In this document: piece by piece, positions 1 to 12,840 of the stretch
Layout of the letters: every line of letters begins with the position of its first letter
How positions within the stretch are numbered: the first letter of the stretch is position 1
Assembly (NCBI GenBank): GCA_965153455.1
Contig: OZ234494.1
Coordinates: forward strand, 11,284,001 to 11,348,000
From: Sphagnum compactum
Taxonomy: Eukaryota
DNA length: 64,000 nucleotides
Reading direction: 5' to 3'
Program-made: the position numbers and the translations under genes
The notes under the pieces: generated by a model
Database searches by the model: none
Seen by the model: the letters and a program-made list of their open reading frames with translations, nothing else
What the model was told of the DNA's origin: nothing

Positions 1-331
1 TTGCCTCTATCAATTCCTGTGCACAGATCTCTTGTATTCCCTAAGCAACTCTTCCTGAGTGCTGTGTTTTGGAATATACAAGGCTGCAAACATCTGTCAA
101 ACGGCTGTAGATGATGTCTTCTGTCTAGATGATGCAGGTGGGTCCATGCTTTAGGTTTCTAGCCATGAGTATGTCTTATTTTCTTAGAAGGGGACATATT
201 TTGACATCTGGAGTAGCATATTCTGAATAGTGTATTGATAATACTCAGAGCTATACTTTGGTTCTGAACTATACAACACCTTGCTTTGCAAGCTAGCAAT
301 CTGATATTAGTTTAACTGCAATGTTTTGAAG

Positions 332-1588
332 GATGCTGTCCAATCGTGCATCAGCACAGCGGTCACGGCAAAGGAGACAGGACCGCCTGGATCAGCTTGA
401 GGTTTTGGTATGATCTCTTTCTTTTCTTCAGGAACTTGTCCTCTTTAAAGCTGCATAAAGCCATTTATGTTATGTGCTTATTGTTGCTTGGACTTCCTGA
501 ATTCCTTGGATTTGAAGTCTATTTGCACCATGATGTTGTTTGAAAATGTCTTGGATTCATGTGATGCTGATCCTCATGGACGGATGGGATTGTTTTTGTA
601 GACTGCTCAGTTAAGAGTGGAGAATGCATCCCTGTTGCGCAAGTCAAATCTTGCTTTACAGCTGGCCAGGAAGTTTGAAGGTGAAAAGAAACGGCTCCTG
701 GAGAAGACGGAAAATTTGACCAAGGAGCTACTTGAGGCTAGGAAAATGGGGCCTGCCACAGCCAAGCTGCATGAAGAATGTCATAGCAGTCCCAATACCA
801 GCACTGACGTCAGTGAGATTGTAAGCCACTATCTAGTCCTTAGACATGTATCTGGATATCAGTTGTACATCCCCTGCCTTACTAGTGTGTATGCCATTAA
901 AGCGCACTTCCCAAGCTTTGAATGGTTGTCAACTGGATTATTTTAACTTCTAACCATGAACATAGCTCCTAAGACATCACGAGACATAATCTCATATATA
1001 GGTGTAATGAGCAATCTGGATCTAGAATTTGCTAGCAATTGATTGACTTGCCCAACATTGTAGTTCTGACACCTTGCATATGGTACTCAATAGGCTGGAG
1101 AGGCAGATTTTTCACCAGCAGTGAAGTCGAAACCTGAGAAATTGCAAGATGATGAGAAGAACCCACTTCAGTCAGTGGGAAGTGGAAGCTATGTGACTGT
1201 CGATGATCAGATGGACACAAGCGGAGATACAGATACAACAGAAGATACAGACATGACAGCAGACTGCAACAATTGGAGACCAGAATCCCATAAGGCTTTC
1301 CAAGTTTCTGACGAAGAAGATGCAGCAACGATGGTTAAGATGGCTAGCATCAGATCACCCACAAGCTGTAAGACTGGTGGCAACAATGCTCAGGTTTTCC
1401 AGCTGCCAATGAGCCTCCCTCAAGACAGCCTGCTCAGTCCAGTGGAGGTTCCAGTGACTGATTCCGATTACCTTTTCAAGGAAATTTGTGACTTGTTCGA
1501 CAATTCTTGTACCAACAACGACAGCGACATCCTGAATGAAATGGATCAGAATTGGTTGGAGAGTTTTGCTGAGTGTTTGAATGCTTGA
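332..1588 (+). CDS. bZIP transcription factor, 5'-incomplete (visible exons 332-407, 602-820, 1094-1588)
   Basis: Spliced translation gives (R)MLSNRASAQRSRQRRQDRLDQLEVL|TAQLRVENASLLRKSNLALQLARKFEGEKKRLLEKTENL. This has the N-x7-R basic motif followed by heptad leucines. GT-AG introns at 408-601 and 821-1093 keep the frame, and the stop is TGA at 1586-1588. The zipper start QLRVENASL resembles plant group C bZIPs. Upstream exons are not resolved. Confidence 0.88.
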
Positions 1589-3308
1589 AATATTGCAGTC
1601 GTGGTTAATCTGCGAGTTTCAATATTTGAAACCTTTGTCACCTTTGCATTGTGGGGTATCATCAAACTGGGAGGTCCTGGGTTTGCAAAACTGAACAGGC
1701 ATCTAGTGTTGATTTTGTCAGACACATTGTCTCTTCTTGGATTGCAATGATGGTATCAGGTTGACAGAACCCGGTTCTCTGGCTTGTAGATTTCTCGGAA
1801 GGAGAGTCTGTGTGTCTCTGTCTGTCTTTAAGGAGCCTTGTAAGCTCATGTGTTGCAAGCCTTTATGCAGAAATGCAGAAACTGGGAGACCTATCTTCTT
1901 GCCATGATGAACATGAGCTCGCCACCAAGTTGTGATAAATACCAATATACTACTGTATCTTATATATATTCAGCTAAATGTGGAGTTTGTAAACTGTCAG
2001 TTTACATAAGTAGATTATTGTGAAGGCACATGTAGTTGCTTCTTTGGAGTTGCACTTTAGTAGCTCAAATGGTGAGCCTTCATCATTCTTTTGAAGAACT
2101 CTTTCTAAGATTTAATAAAAATAATGAACCAGATGTTTTGCTTCATGAAATAAAGATAGAAAGAAAGAAAGATTTGGGTCTGGTGATTTACTTAGCTGTT
2201 GTACTCTTTAGGCTGATTTTCTTTTTTTGAAAATTGAAATTCATTTTGCATTAGTAAAATCATCTAATCATGTGTAGTGGTTACATCCTTTTTCATGATT
2301 ATTTTTTGGACCGTTGCACATGCCATTTTTTCCCCTCACAATAGAGTTATCTGCAAAGTCACCCTGTATTCACCCTCTTTTCCATCCTCCGATCCCCACT
2401 GAAAGGAAATTTTACTAAATCTCAGTACGAAATGCTGAAACTTAACAAGGTTCAGAGAGTAACTATAGTAGTTGTACAGGTAGGAGCAATGAAAATATAT
2501 GTAGCAGCAAGTGGACACGCTTGGGAAAATGGAAAGATAGGATGAAACCCAGTTATTTCGTTTTGTAAAATTTTCATTCCCAGTTACGTGTTTGATGCCC
2601 TATTATGCTGAAACTGGCTGTTCCTGCCCCCTAATCGCATGACTTTACAGATAACTTTTAATGTGGCAACTTTTCACAAGAAAAAGGCCCTTTTTACTTA
2701 CCTTCAGCGACTTCCTTTCTTTTCTCACCAAGTTGCAAAAATTCACCCCCAAAAAAAATTGCTTGCACTGATTTTGAACCTTATGGAAAGTGCCTCCTCA
2801 AGTCTTAAAATGTATCATAGCCATCAGTTTATCAAAGAAAAATTCTACCAGTTTGTTACGCCATGCTAAGGACCTCGAATGCGGCTGTTCTGGGATTCAA
2901 GTCCCTTGCTTGGCTCCTGCCTCAGAGAGAACAGTCCTATTCTCGGTCTTTTCGATATACCTGTGGTTTTCTCAATTATGTTCTGCTGTGTGGTAGGGTT
3001 TCTAAAATCCTAATGTCCATTTCCCTACCCCAAAAAAGAAGAAAAAAGGAAAAAAAATAAAAATCCCAAAAGAAATGAAGCTGTGTAATAATTGAGACTT
3101 AACAGACTAATAAAGCTAACCAACACACACAGCTGAAAAATGTTTTTTGTATGTGAAATTTTTACTTCACTTACATTTTCACTTCACTTCACCTACAAAA
3201 AATGGTGGAACTGAATTAAGAAAGGGGTACACACTTGAAGCAAAAAGATCATCTAGATTTGAGGTCAAGACAAACAAATTTTCACCACTTAATTGAGGCA
3301 ATACAAAG

Positions 3309-3417
3309 TACTATTATTATTATTGAAATATGTATGTATGTATGTATGTACCAAACTTATTCTACTATTAAGATTATTGAAATATGTATGTATGTATGTA
3401 TGTACCAAACTTATTCT
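3309..3417. repeat. Tandem duplication, 2 x 54 bp, containing (TATG)n
   Basis: tactatta..attattgaaatatgtatgtatgtatgtatgtaccaaacttattc occurs at 3309 and 3363. Confidence 0.9.
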
Positions 3418-3469
3418 TCAATCGATCCCCAATTGCATCAAAATCAGGGTTGGGTTTGCCTCATTTTAT

Positions 3470-4100
3470 GACAATAAGTGATATTTGTGAAATTATGGCT
3501 TTCTAAGGTACAGTTTGGAATGTTTCTCTTGTTCGTATTTTAACACAACTCCCAGTCTCTTACGAGTTCGTATGATCCTCCACAGTTTGGCATTGATCTC
3601 CTTACAGATATTGTAAGCTTTACTCTTCTTATTCAAAAGAATGAGTTAAGTGGGATATTCTTTTGGGGTGTTCATAACAATGAATGAGTGATATTCATCG
3701 AATTATGAGTTTCTAAGGTACAAGTTTTGAAATGTTTCTATTGTTTCCTATTTTTGGCAGGACTCTGGTCTCTTACAATTTTGTATGATGGGAGGGATCC
3801 TCCGCCCGTACAGAGTTTGTCATTGATCTTCTACAGATCTTAAAGATTTTACTACTCTTTTTTTTTGGGGAAAAACAGCAATTGGGATTGTTTTTAAGCA
3901 GTCGTAACAATGAGTGATATTCTTCAAATTATGGTGTTTCTAATGTACAGTTTGGAATGTTTCTCTTGTTTCTTATATATTGACACCACTGGGCTACTCT
4001 TCTGGTCTCTTACGATTCCCTAACATGCTCCACAGTTTGGCATTGATCTCTTGTGACATTTATTCCTTTTGAAAAAACAAAAAGAGGGACTTTTTTGGGC
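3470..4100. repeat. Degenerate tandem repeat, 3 copies of about 210-230 bp
   Basis: The blocks gtgatatt..aattatg..tttctaa(g/t)gtaca..ttt(g/t)gaatgtttct and agtttg(g/t)cattgatct recur near 3478, 3688 and 3913. Confidence 0.85.
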
Positions 4101-5479
4101 GCTTCTGTATGTAAGAGTAGGGGTCTCCAGATGGGTATGTTCGAGCATTTTGTGGTTCTTTGATTTTGTTAATAACCTTTGGTTGCCCTTCTTCTTCTTT
4201 TTTTAACAAAAATTCAGAATCAAACAACCTCTGGTTTTGGGTTTTTGAAAACTTTCAAAATCAAAGAACTGGTGTTTGTTTTTTTTTTTCCCCTTTTTTT
4301 CCATATAAAAAATTTGGCCAGCAAAATTAGTCGAACTTACACTACTAGAAAGAAAAAAAAATTCCAAAAATTCCCAATTTATACATTAAAAATTAGCAAA
4401 ATTTCGCCAGAGGAAAAAACACTGAGTTGAAACAACCTTCAGTTCCAGGAGGACCCTTGGTTTTTGAAAATTCTCAAAGGACCAGCAGATTTCCCGAAAG
4501 ACCCAGCGAAGAACCAGCAGTTTAGGCTAAGTTCTTTGATCCGGTTCTTTAAATTGTTAGAACCCCCTTAAAGGTTCCCATTTGGAGACCTATGACCCAT
4601 ATGGAGACTATTGTCCCTTACTATATGCCCTACTTGTGATTGATGTTTGGTGTTAAATAATTCTCAAGAAAGAAGCCCGAGTGAAAAAAAACCAAGCAGC
4701 TCACATAATGGCTAATGCCCTTTAAATTGACATCCATAAGGATGATAAATATTCAACATACTAAATTGGAAGCACATGGTGGTTTAGCATGCTGGTGGAT
4801 CCTTTAGTTTTGGCAGAAATTGTTTCTTTAGTGGCCTTCACATGGACTTCACATGGACTTCACATGACCTTAGAGTGTAGGGATACCAAACTTTGGCCCA
4901 TTTCTGTCTGTGTGCATCATAATGGCTATCATTCACAAGAGGACATAGCCAAATTTGGCTACAGGTCAGAGAGCAAAGTAGAAAATTTGAGGAATGATGC
5001 TATATTCTTGTGACATCGTCTAGCCTATTGTCTAAATATGGCGACTTCAAGATTTTTTTCCTCATAATGTGACAATAGTGGGACATTTTTTTAAAGAAAA
5101 AAACCTTTGTACTTGTCACTAGAGCCTTTTTTTTTGTTGGCAAGTTGCAAAATTTCACCCCAAGTTAAATCTGCTACCAAAACCCTTTTTTTTCTTAAAT
5201 TATTAAATATTTTCACATAATCTGGTTGTTTTGTTGTGATTGTGATAGGATTACGTGGTGTTCTTTAGATTTGTCCAAAGTCTATGGTTTGAAGTGATTC
5301 ATGACATTATCTTGCGCACCCTAGATACATGCACTTACACAACCCTCATGTAATTTTTTTGACCATATAAATATGTGTAGATGAACTAGGCTAGGATTTA
5401 GGTTTACAAATGTTGTGTTTGTAGATTGCAACCCTTATGTTTGCACTTTACACCATAGCCATTATGAGTTGACCATCAT

Positions 5480-6340
5480 CGTCTTCATCATGTTTTTAAA
5501 GTGAGCATGACAACTCCCTTCTCTCATGGTATCATTGGTCTTGTCATGGTCTTCTGAGTGTTCATTGTGATTATCATGGTTGTCCTATGTTTTGCCCTCT
5601 TTCATGGGGTTTTGGTATGTAAGGAGGGAGCAACAACACAAGATCATAAAGCTCTTAAATCAAGTTCTTGTTCATCGATGTCATGGTTTTTTTTCTTTGG
5701 TGAACATGTTTGCCTTTGTCACCTTCTTCTAATCATGCTTGTGTTATTGTTTGTCATTCATGTGCATCTTGGTCTTGGTCATCATTGTGGTCTCACTCCC
5801 CTTTGTGGGATTTTGGTGTGTAGGGAATGAGCCATAAGGAGCAAGAAGCTCCTACAACTTGGATGGTCATGCTCATCACAATCTTTTTCTAAACATGTTC
5901 ACCTTGTGGTTGTCATTACCTTCTTTAGGTAATGTTTTGTTGTGCTTGTGTTATTGTTTGTGGTTTGTGTATGTCTTAATCTTAATCATCATTATCATGG
6001 TATTTTGTTCCATTTCATGGGATTAAATGGTGTGAAAAGAGGGATCAACAACCAATGTGGAGCTCCTACGACTCAAAGTTATCATTGTTATAATCTTCTT
6101 CTCAAATGAACATGCTCACCATGTGCACTTCATCACCTTTTGTTGGCTATGCTTGCATTGTTGTTTGTGGTCCATGTGTGTCTTGGTCTTGAATGCCATT
6201 GTTGTGCTGTCTTGCTCCCTTTTGTGAGATTTTGGTGGATAGGAAAGGGATAGCAAGGAACACAACTTGTTTTTGTAGTTCAAGATCATTAGCATTGTGG
6301 TCTTCTTCTTGGGTGAACATATTCACCTTATGACCTTCAT
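5480..6340. repeat. Highly degenerate tandem repeat, about 4 copies of about 200 bp
   Basis: Motifs such as gattttggtgtg, tgaacat(g/a)(t/c)tcacc and tgttattgtttgtg recur at roughly 200-bp spacing. Confidence 0.65.
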
Positions 6341-7823
6341 CCCACTATAAGAAATCATGGCTTTTAAGTTGTCCATCTTGACTAAAGATTTGGTCAATTT
6401 GATTAGAGGCCCTAATTCCAAAAGTGACTTGTTTATTTTCATTGCTTCAATTGAATAAAATGACATTTTGGACAACTTGATCAAATGCGACATTTAATTA
6501 AATAGGACAAAAAATGAACACCTTTAGTGAAAAAAAAAAGGGGGGAGGGGGGGGGGGGGGGTGGGGGTTAATCAAATTAGACATTCAATTTTTAAAAACC
6601 ATATATATATATGTAATTATTTGTTGTTATATTGACTTGTCAACTTGTCTAATGAGAATTTGACTATTAATCAAAATGGTAATAAAAATGAATAGCAATT
6701 TGATTCAATAGATAAGTAGATAGGCTAAATTAGGTAGGTAGATAGGCTAGGTGACTTGGTAGGTAGTTAGGTAATTAAACTAGGTAGGTAGGTTAGGCTA
6801 GATAATTAGTGAGCTTAGGGTAGTCAAAGTAGACCTCCTAGGTAAGTTAAAAAAAATGTTCATAACAATATAATAACATAATTTATTTATTTTTAAAAAT
6901 TGTGCAATGGTTGAAAACTTTGTTGTTCAATGTGAAACTGAGGGGTTTTGTCATTGGCATGAAAACTATCAAGACAAATGACGAAATGATAGGTCTAAAT
7001 CTAAATCCAAAACACAAAAAAAAATGGACCAAAAAAAAAACACAAAGGTTAAAACCAAAAACATGAAATTGTAAGACTAAAGTATAAACATATCTTTATT
7101 GTAATGAAATAAAAAAAACGTAAACATAGAAAGAATAAAATAAATTTATACAACAAGATCATACCTTAGATTGGTGTTGAATAGATTGAAAGTAATGGGG
7201 TGTCTTACTTTTATTTATACCCCTTTAGGGACTTAACTTTTAAAAAACTTCCTAACTACAAATGAATTATGAATTAATTTAAAATTTAATTAAAAGTGAA
7301 CTAATAATTAACTAAAAGTTAATTGAGAGTGAACTAGAAATAAACTATGAATTAATTAGAAATGAACTAATAGTTAATTATGAATCATGATTGAAAATTC
7401 ATATGAATGAACTCCATTCGTCATGCGAAAATGGTGTTCATGATAGGTTCAAATATTCATACTTGCAACCTATTCAGTTAATTTATCTTGTGATGTTGGT
7501 TTGCTAGAATATGTGGCTAATTTAGGTGCACCTAAACTAATCGCCTAACCTACATTTGATGTTTAAACTAGGTTTCTAGCTTAGGTGCATAACCTAAGCT
7601 AGGTTTATCTACCTACCTACTTATTTACTTACTTAGGCCCCACATACATCTTAAGTCAAATTGATGTTCATTTAGATTAAAATGACAATTGGCCAAGTTG
7701 ATTAATGTATATGATTAGTAAAAAGAACATCAAACGAACAATTCCTTAATAAAAAAAACCATGTGCCAATTTTATGAACATTCAACTTGGACATGTCAAA
7801 ATTAACTTATCCATTATGATGGA

Positions 7824-8525
7824 CTAGTGGTAACCCGTGCCTGCAAGGCACGACACGGCACTGGGACAAAACTGGGAGTCCAAAGGAGACCCCAAAGAAC
7901 CCCATACTCCTAATTGGATAGAATTATATAAATACATAATATTTCATCCACATCATCAATCCATCCAGAACTCCTAATTAGATGGAACTCTAAATATGTA
8001 ATATTTTCACCTGCATAATCATCCATCCAGAACTCCTAATTGGACGGAATTACAAATACATGATATTTCATCCAAATAAATCACCATGCAAAACTTATCA
8101 TTAGATGGAACTTACGAATACATAAATATTTCATCCACATAATCAATCCATCCAAAACTCTAAGTGGACAAAACTACAAAATCTTTAATATTTCATCCAC
8201 AAATCATTCCTCCTAATTGGACGGAACTACAAATACATGATATCTCATCCTCATAACCACCCATCCAGAACTCTGAGCTCACTGGACGGAACTAAAAACG
8301 TACAATATGTCATCCACATAATCACAGAACTGCCGGGTTTTCGTGCACAGAACTGCGGGGTTTTTGGGTGGTTATTTTACTTTTACAATTTGGGATCTGG
8401 GTTTCAGGACCTCGACCAGACGGACGGACAGGCGGGTCCCGATCTGGGTTTCAGGGCCTCGACGGACGGACAAGACCTCGAATTTCAGGACCTCGACGGA
8501 CAGACAAGGCACTTTATATATAAGA
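7824..8525 (-). mobile_element. Non-autonomous Helitron, 702 bp, both ends intact
   Basis: On the minus strand it begins A|TCTTATATATAAAG (8525) and ends with the hairpin CGTGCCT-TGC-AGGCACG, a short spacer and CTAG|T (7824). These are the canonical Helitron TC...CTRR termini, inserted between A and T with no TSD. Inside are about 7 copies of a ~60-bp minisatellite (7907-8330) and GGGTTTCAGGACCTCG-type repeats. Confidence 0.85.
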
Positions 8526-8959
8526 TTGGTCAAATCAATAAATGTCACAATTTGATTTTTTTTAATCAATTTTTTTGGTAAATAACCATTTTTTTGGTAA
8601 TGTCCATAGGAATTAGCATGAGCAATAAAACTTCTGTTAATAAACGTCAAGTATAATCCTTATCAATTTAACACAAGCAAGAAAAGATATGTGCTACCTA
8701 TAACCCCAAATATTTAGCATGGGCATTCTTTATTATGAACAATGGGGATTTTCTTGTTGTTAACATGTGAACAATGTGACAAACTATAACAAATGAGTTG
8801 CAATATTCCACATGTTGTCCTTCCTTGCATTGATTAAAAAGAAAACAAAAGGAGAAAAAAGGTAATTGCATACAACAAATCCTTTGGGATAAGTTCAATG
8901 AAGTGATTGTTAAAGTTTAACATTTTGAGATTTTATCTACATTTCTTTTGGAACTTGCT

Positions 8960-9500
8960 ATTGCTAAAAGCATGTTAGGGTCACAATCAAGGAATGATGG
9001 GGGCCATAAGGCTGTGCAACTTGCTAAGAAATAACCAAAGGTGGCACCATGTGCAATTTTTATTTTTATTTGGAAACAATGTTCTTTACAAGAAACATGA
9101 TGAGATTCGAAATATATGTTTGGAAGTTTGGTGCTAGTCACGATTAGAAGGTTTTTTTTTTTACACACTTGTGAAAACATGTGGATGTGTAGATTGGCAT
9201 GATAGTTTGATTGCAAGTTGGATTTCCCTTTTTAAAGGACATTGTTCAAAAGATTCTTCCATCCATGGTTACCAGTTATTTAGATTTACATGTGCAATCT
9301 CATCTTTGTGCCACACCCGTTACTACTATTGCATTTGATTTGTGAATGAATAGAGGGTAGGAGGATACTTTTGCTCTTGTCATCAACTCTATTACAATAT
9401 ATTAGAAGCCTTGTCATAATACAATGTCAATGGGTTTGATGAGGTTGAAGAGGACATTTTAGATATTATAAATACAAAGTTTTATGATGAGGTTGAGGAT
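8960..9500 (+). mobile_element. hAT-like transposase remnant
   Basis: Interrupted translation includes LHTCENMWMCRLA and AFDL*MNRG*EDTFALVINSI..*KPCH. This resembles the hAT first catalytic Asp region (xDxW...F.LV.NF...W). Many stops; boundaries approximate. Confidence 0.6.
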
Positions 9501-10489
9501 CATGTAATGCAAAATTGGAACATGTATTCATGATTTTGGTAATGCTTTGTTCATGATGCATGTGATGCCTCTTTAGTTTTGATTGAACTCTTATCCCTTC
9601 ATTGCCACTTTATAAATGTGCCAATTCAATGGTCACATTGTACATTAGAAATGCATGTTTGGTGGAACCTTTCATATGAATGAAATCTAACTTTGCATGT
9701 TCTTGCATTTTACTTTCTCTCATATTATGTTTTAGGGTAACAGCTTTCTGTAGCTTCTGCTCATGGTTCCATTGTGCCATGAGGATAAGCTGCTTATATC
9801 TCCTTCAATGGGGAAATCAGACAAGTCACCTAGGAATGCCAAAGCTCTAGGGACTCAAAGACGTCAGCAGCATAGGCTGAGATCACATTGTCAGTACTGA
9901 CACAAACCAGCGTTCTTGTCATCGAAGCCCAGAATCTACAGAGTACTGGTTAAATAACTTTTACCATTGATGCATCCTAGAGGGAGGATGAGAAAAGTAT
10001 GAAGCTCGTGACTAAATACATGTGTACATTGAACAGATGATCCTTCAGAGTGAAGTACAAAAATCCAAGAAACAATTATCAGTTTGTTGTGAACCTGTGA
10101 ACCCCAAATATATAATGCACAGTCATAAGCTACAAGGGCCTCAGGAAACTAGCCATCTTTACAGAGTTCTTGCTCTTCAGTACAATATGTGCCATGCCAT
10201 TCTCCTGCATGATGAGTCCATGTACAATAGTCTGCATAATGTGTATCAAATAACTTGGATATGCAATCCTTGTACAAAATGTGGACAAAGAGGAGTTGTC
10301 ACAAATGGTGCCAGTCTCCTCTGGAGTGCCAAGTCTACTATCTGAGATTGCAAATGATGAAATACACCTAGGCTGGTAAAATTAAAGATACACAATATCT
10401 GCACAGACTAATGTTAGGTACTTGAGAACAATTTAAGACCCCAAAACCCACAAATGAAACCTGCATCCTTGTATTCAGCAATGGTTCCA

Positions 10490-11877
10490 TCAGTCATTGT
10501 CTTCATCAGAATTGCTCTCTGACCCATACTCGCTGCTAAGATCTTCTTCAAGCTCAGGGTTGAGATCAAGCTGGACATGGGGCACATGAATAAGGGCAGG
10601 TGCAGGGGGAGCCTTGGGCCGGAGGCTGGCAGGACCTTGGCTTACATCTCTGGCCTTCCAGCCAGGAGGCAAAGTGGTCATATCCAAGCCTGGAGGTAAT
10701 GGAATAGGGTCACCAATTTTCCACCCAATGGGCATTGGTGGCAATTCTGTTGGAAGCTGAACAGGCATCCCAGGCTGCCATCCTGCAGGAACTGCAGGCA
10801 CTGGTGGTGGCTCTAAATGAGCAGGACCTGAAGCTTCCACTGCCATTTGCCCAGCTCCATCAGCAGGAACAAGCGGTGATAGAGCAGGTGCTGTTGATTT
10901 TGGAAGACCTAAATCAAGTTCATGAGCTTGGTAGAGCAATGATGCTCGCATTTGCCCATCCTGGGGTGCGGGTGGCAGAGCTCCTCGTAATGGAACTAGG
11001 CCCGAGGCATATTCTGGTGGAGCAAATGTGGTATAGCTCACTCGGTGTGCATAAGAGACAAGCTCTTGCACATCCATGCTGGTACCAAGGCGGGCAGATT
11101 TGAATTCCGCCATGTCCTCCAGGGTACTTTCCAGCACTTGCTCAGCATCTCGTACTCGCTTTGCAAAGGCTCGAAGTGCACTGCCTTTGTTGTTGCTACC
11201 AGTCCCTCCTCCTCCTCCTATTTGTGGCTTGTCGAGTTGACCTGGTTCTTGCATGCCCCCAAGCTCCGCCACAGCTTCAAAAAGTAGATGCTGGTGAGAC
11301 TCTAGCAGGGAAAGAATTTCCGTTGTTGCTGCTGCACCTTCTGGAGGGGCCACTGTTTCACCTGAAAGGAGAGAAGGCAATGTTGTCTTCACATGGCCAG
11401 CCTGTTGCCATCCCTTCCTATCCCCTGCAACACAAGAACAAGGACGAGTTTGACAAAGAGGCAGAACCATTGAAATGAAGAATGACATGATTCTGTGGAA
11501 ACCCATCAGCACCACCAAAATCACAGTTCTGGGAGCAATTTTTTTTTCCCAATTCATGAACACATTCAAAGACATAGATCTAGCCCACAAAGATGAGAAA
11601 CCAGGAACCGTGGAAAACCCTAATAACAAAAGAGGGGACATGCCTTAGATATGACAACAACAACAACGACAACAACAGCAGCCACACCTGCGACTTTTAC
11701 CAGGCGATCCGTGAGGCTAGCCATCTCCTGCAGCAAGATGCGCGCCCTTGATTGAGGGGAATGTTGAGTCGGCAACGATGTGCGCCCATATGTACGCCCA
11801 GCGGCAACAGCCAGAGGGAGTTGTTGTTGTTGCCCCACAGATGCAAGCAACGCTTGCATCTCTGCACTTGTCGCCAT
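10490..11877 (-). CDS. MED4: Mediator of RNA polymerase II transcription subunit 4, 353 aa (exons 11877-11688, 11361-10490)
   Basis: Contains the plant MED4 signature ELVSYAHRVSYTTFAPPEY..G..PLRGALPPAPQDGQMRASLLY, a Pro-rich GWxPG region and an acidic tail (VQLDLNPELEED...). A phase-1 GT-AG intron at 11687-11362 joins MATSAEMQ...VKVA to GETVAP in frame, for 1062 nt total. Confidence 0.93.
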
Positions 11878-12840
11878 GTCCTCAAACAAAAAACCCCACA
11901 AAAACAACAACAACAACAACAACTTCTTCTTCTTCTTCTTCTTCTAGTTAGGAATCCTCGCCATCACTACTTCCCTCACCATATGTCTTGCCCAAAGCAG
12001 GCATGACACCACCATCTGAAGAACAATTCAATCAACCAAACACATCTTGCAAGAGCTGCTCAACGCAATCACTCTCCCAATCGATCAGTCCAATTACAGA
12101 CACAGGGATTTCCACTGAGATAGAACTGATTTTGGGGTTTCTTCTAACCCTAATTTGTGATCTTGGGTTTCTTGGGCTTCTTCTAAAACCCTAATTTGTG
12201 ATCTTGGGTTTATTGGGTTTCTTCTAAACAAGGGAGAGATTCGTAGCTCACAATAATATGAAGAGAAAACAGTGCCTTCTTGGATGCAATATTCTTAGGT
12301 TCCTTAATATCGTCGCTAAAAGTAAGTATTCATCCACATAGGCACGTCTGGCATCACATAATTAAGTGGTCTTGTCCGCGCAGACTCGCGCGTCTTTGCA
12401 CCACGCTCTTCCTCCTTTCCTCGTCGTTAACTTATGTAACTTTTCATCCACATAGGCGCGTCTGGCATCACATAATCAATCGCCTTGTCCGAGCAGCCTC
12501 TTGCTTCTTTGCACCACGTTCGTCCTCCTTTCCTCGCGCGACAGGAGATGTGCGGAGATTCTTCGAGAACGCGAACTTGGGAGCTCCATCGAGCAGCTTG
12601 ACACGACTGTAAAGAGAAGAGGTCTGTGGAGAAAGAGAGGGGGAAAAAACACTGGAGTTACTTCTTTGGAATTATTTTTGTTTTGGTTTTTTTTGGAGGT
12701 CAGAAAACATGTCTTGCACAGGACTCTGCTGAGAATTTCATCAGTCTGGAGTTTTTCGGTATTCTTTCTTCTTTGGGGTTGCAGGAAGAAAGGAAAAGGA
12801 GAGAGTGTAAAGAATTGGCAGAAGTGAGGGAAAGAACAAA
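11878..12840. promoter_or_regulatory. Shared divergent promoter and 5'UTR region of MED4 and SEC61G
   Basis: The start codons are 963 bp apart and head-to-head. The region holds a telo-box AAACCCTAA near 12186, two tandem duplications, and a probable SEC61G 5'UTR intron (about 12699-12784, GT...TTGCAG). Confidence 0.65.

Noticed and set aside
82..137. Possible upstream bZIP exon ending at CAG|GTGGGT
   Set aside because: The open frames do not give the phase needed to join exon 332-407, so I could not support it.
6540..6568. G-run as a functional G-quadruplex
   Set aside because: It is a homopolymer in repeat-derived DNA, and nothing supports a function.
7907..8330. ~60-bp periodic array resembling a CRISPR array
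   Set aside because: Whole units are repeated with no unique spacers. There are no cas genes, and it lies inside a Helitron in a plant genome.
6343..8760. CACTA transposon suggested by cactataagaaa at 6343
   Set aside because: I found no convincing matching TIR with a 3-bp TSD.
11362..11641. N-terminal part of the 383-aa ORF 10490-11641 as coding
   Set aside because: It is read-through of the MED4 intron. The real first exon is 11877-11688.
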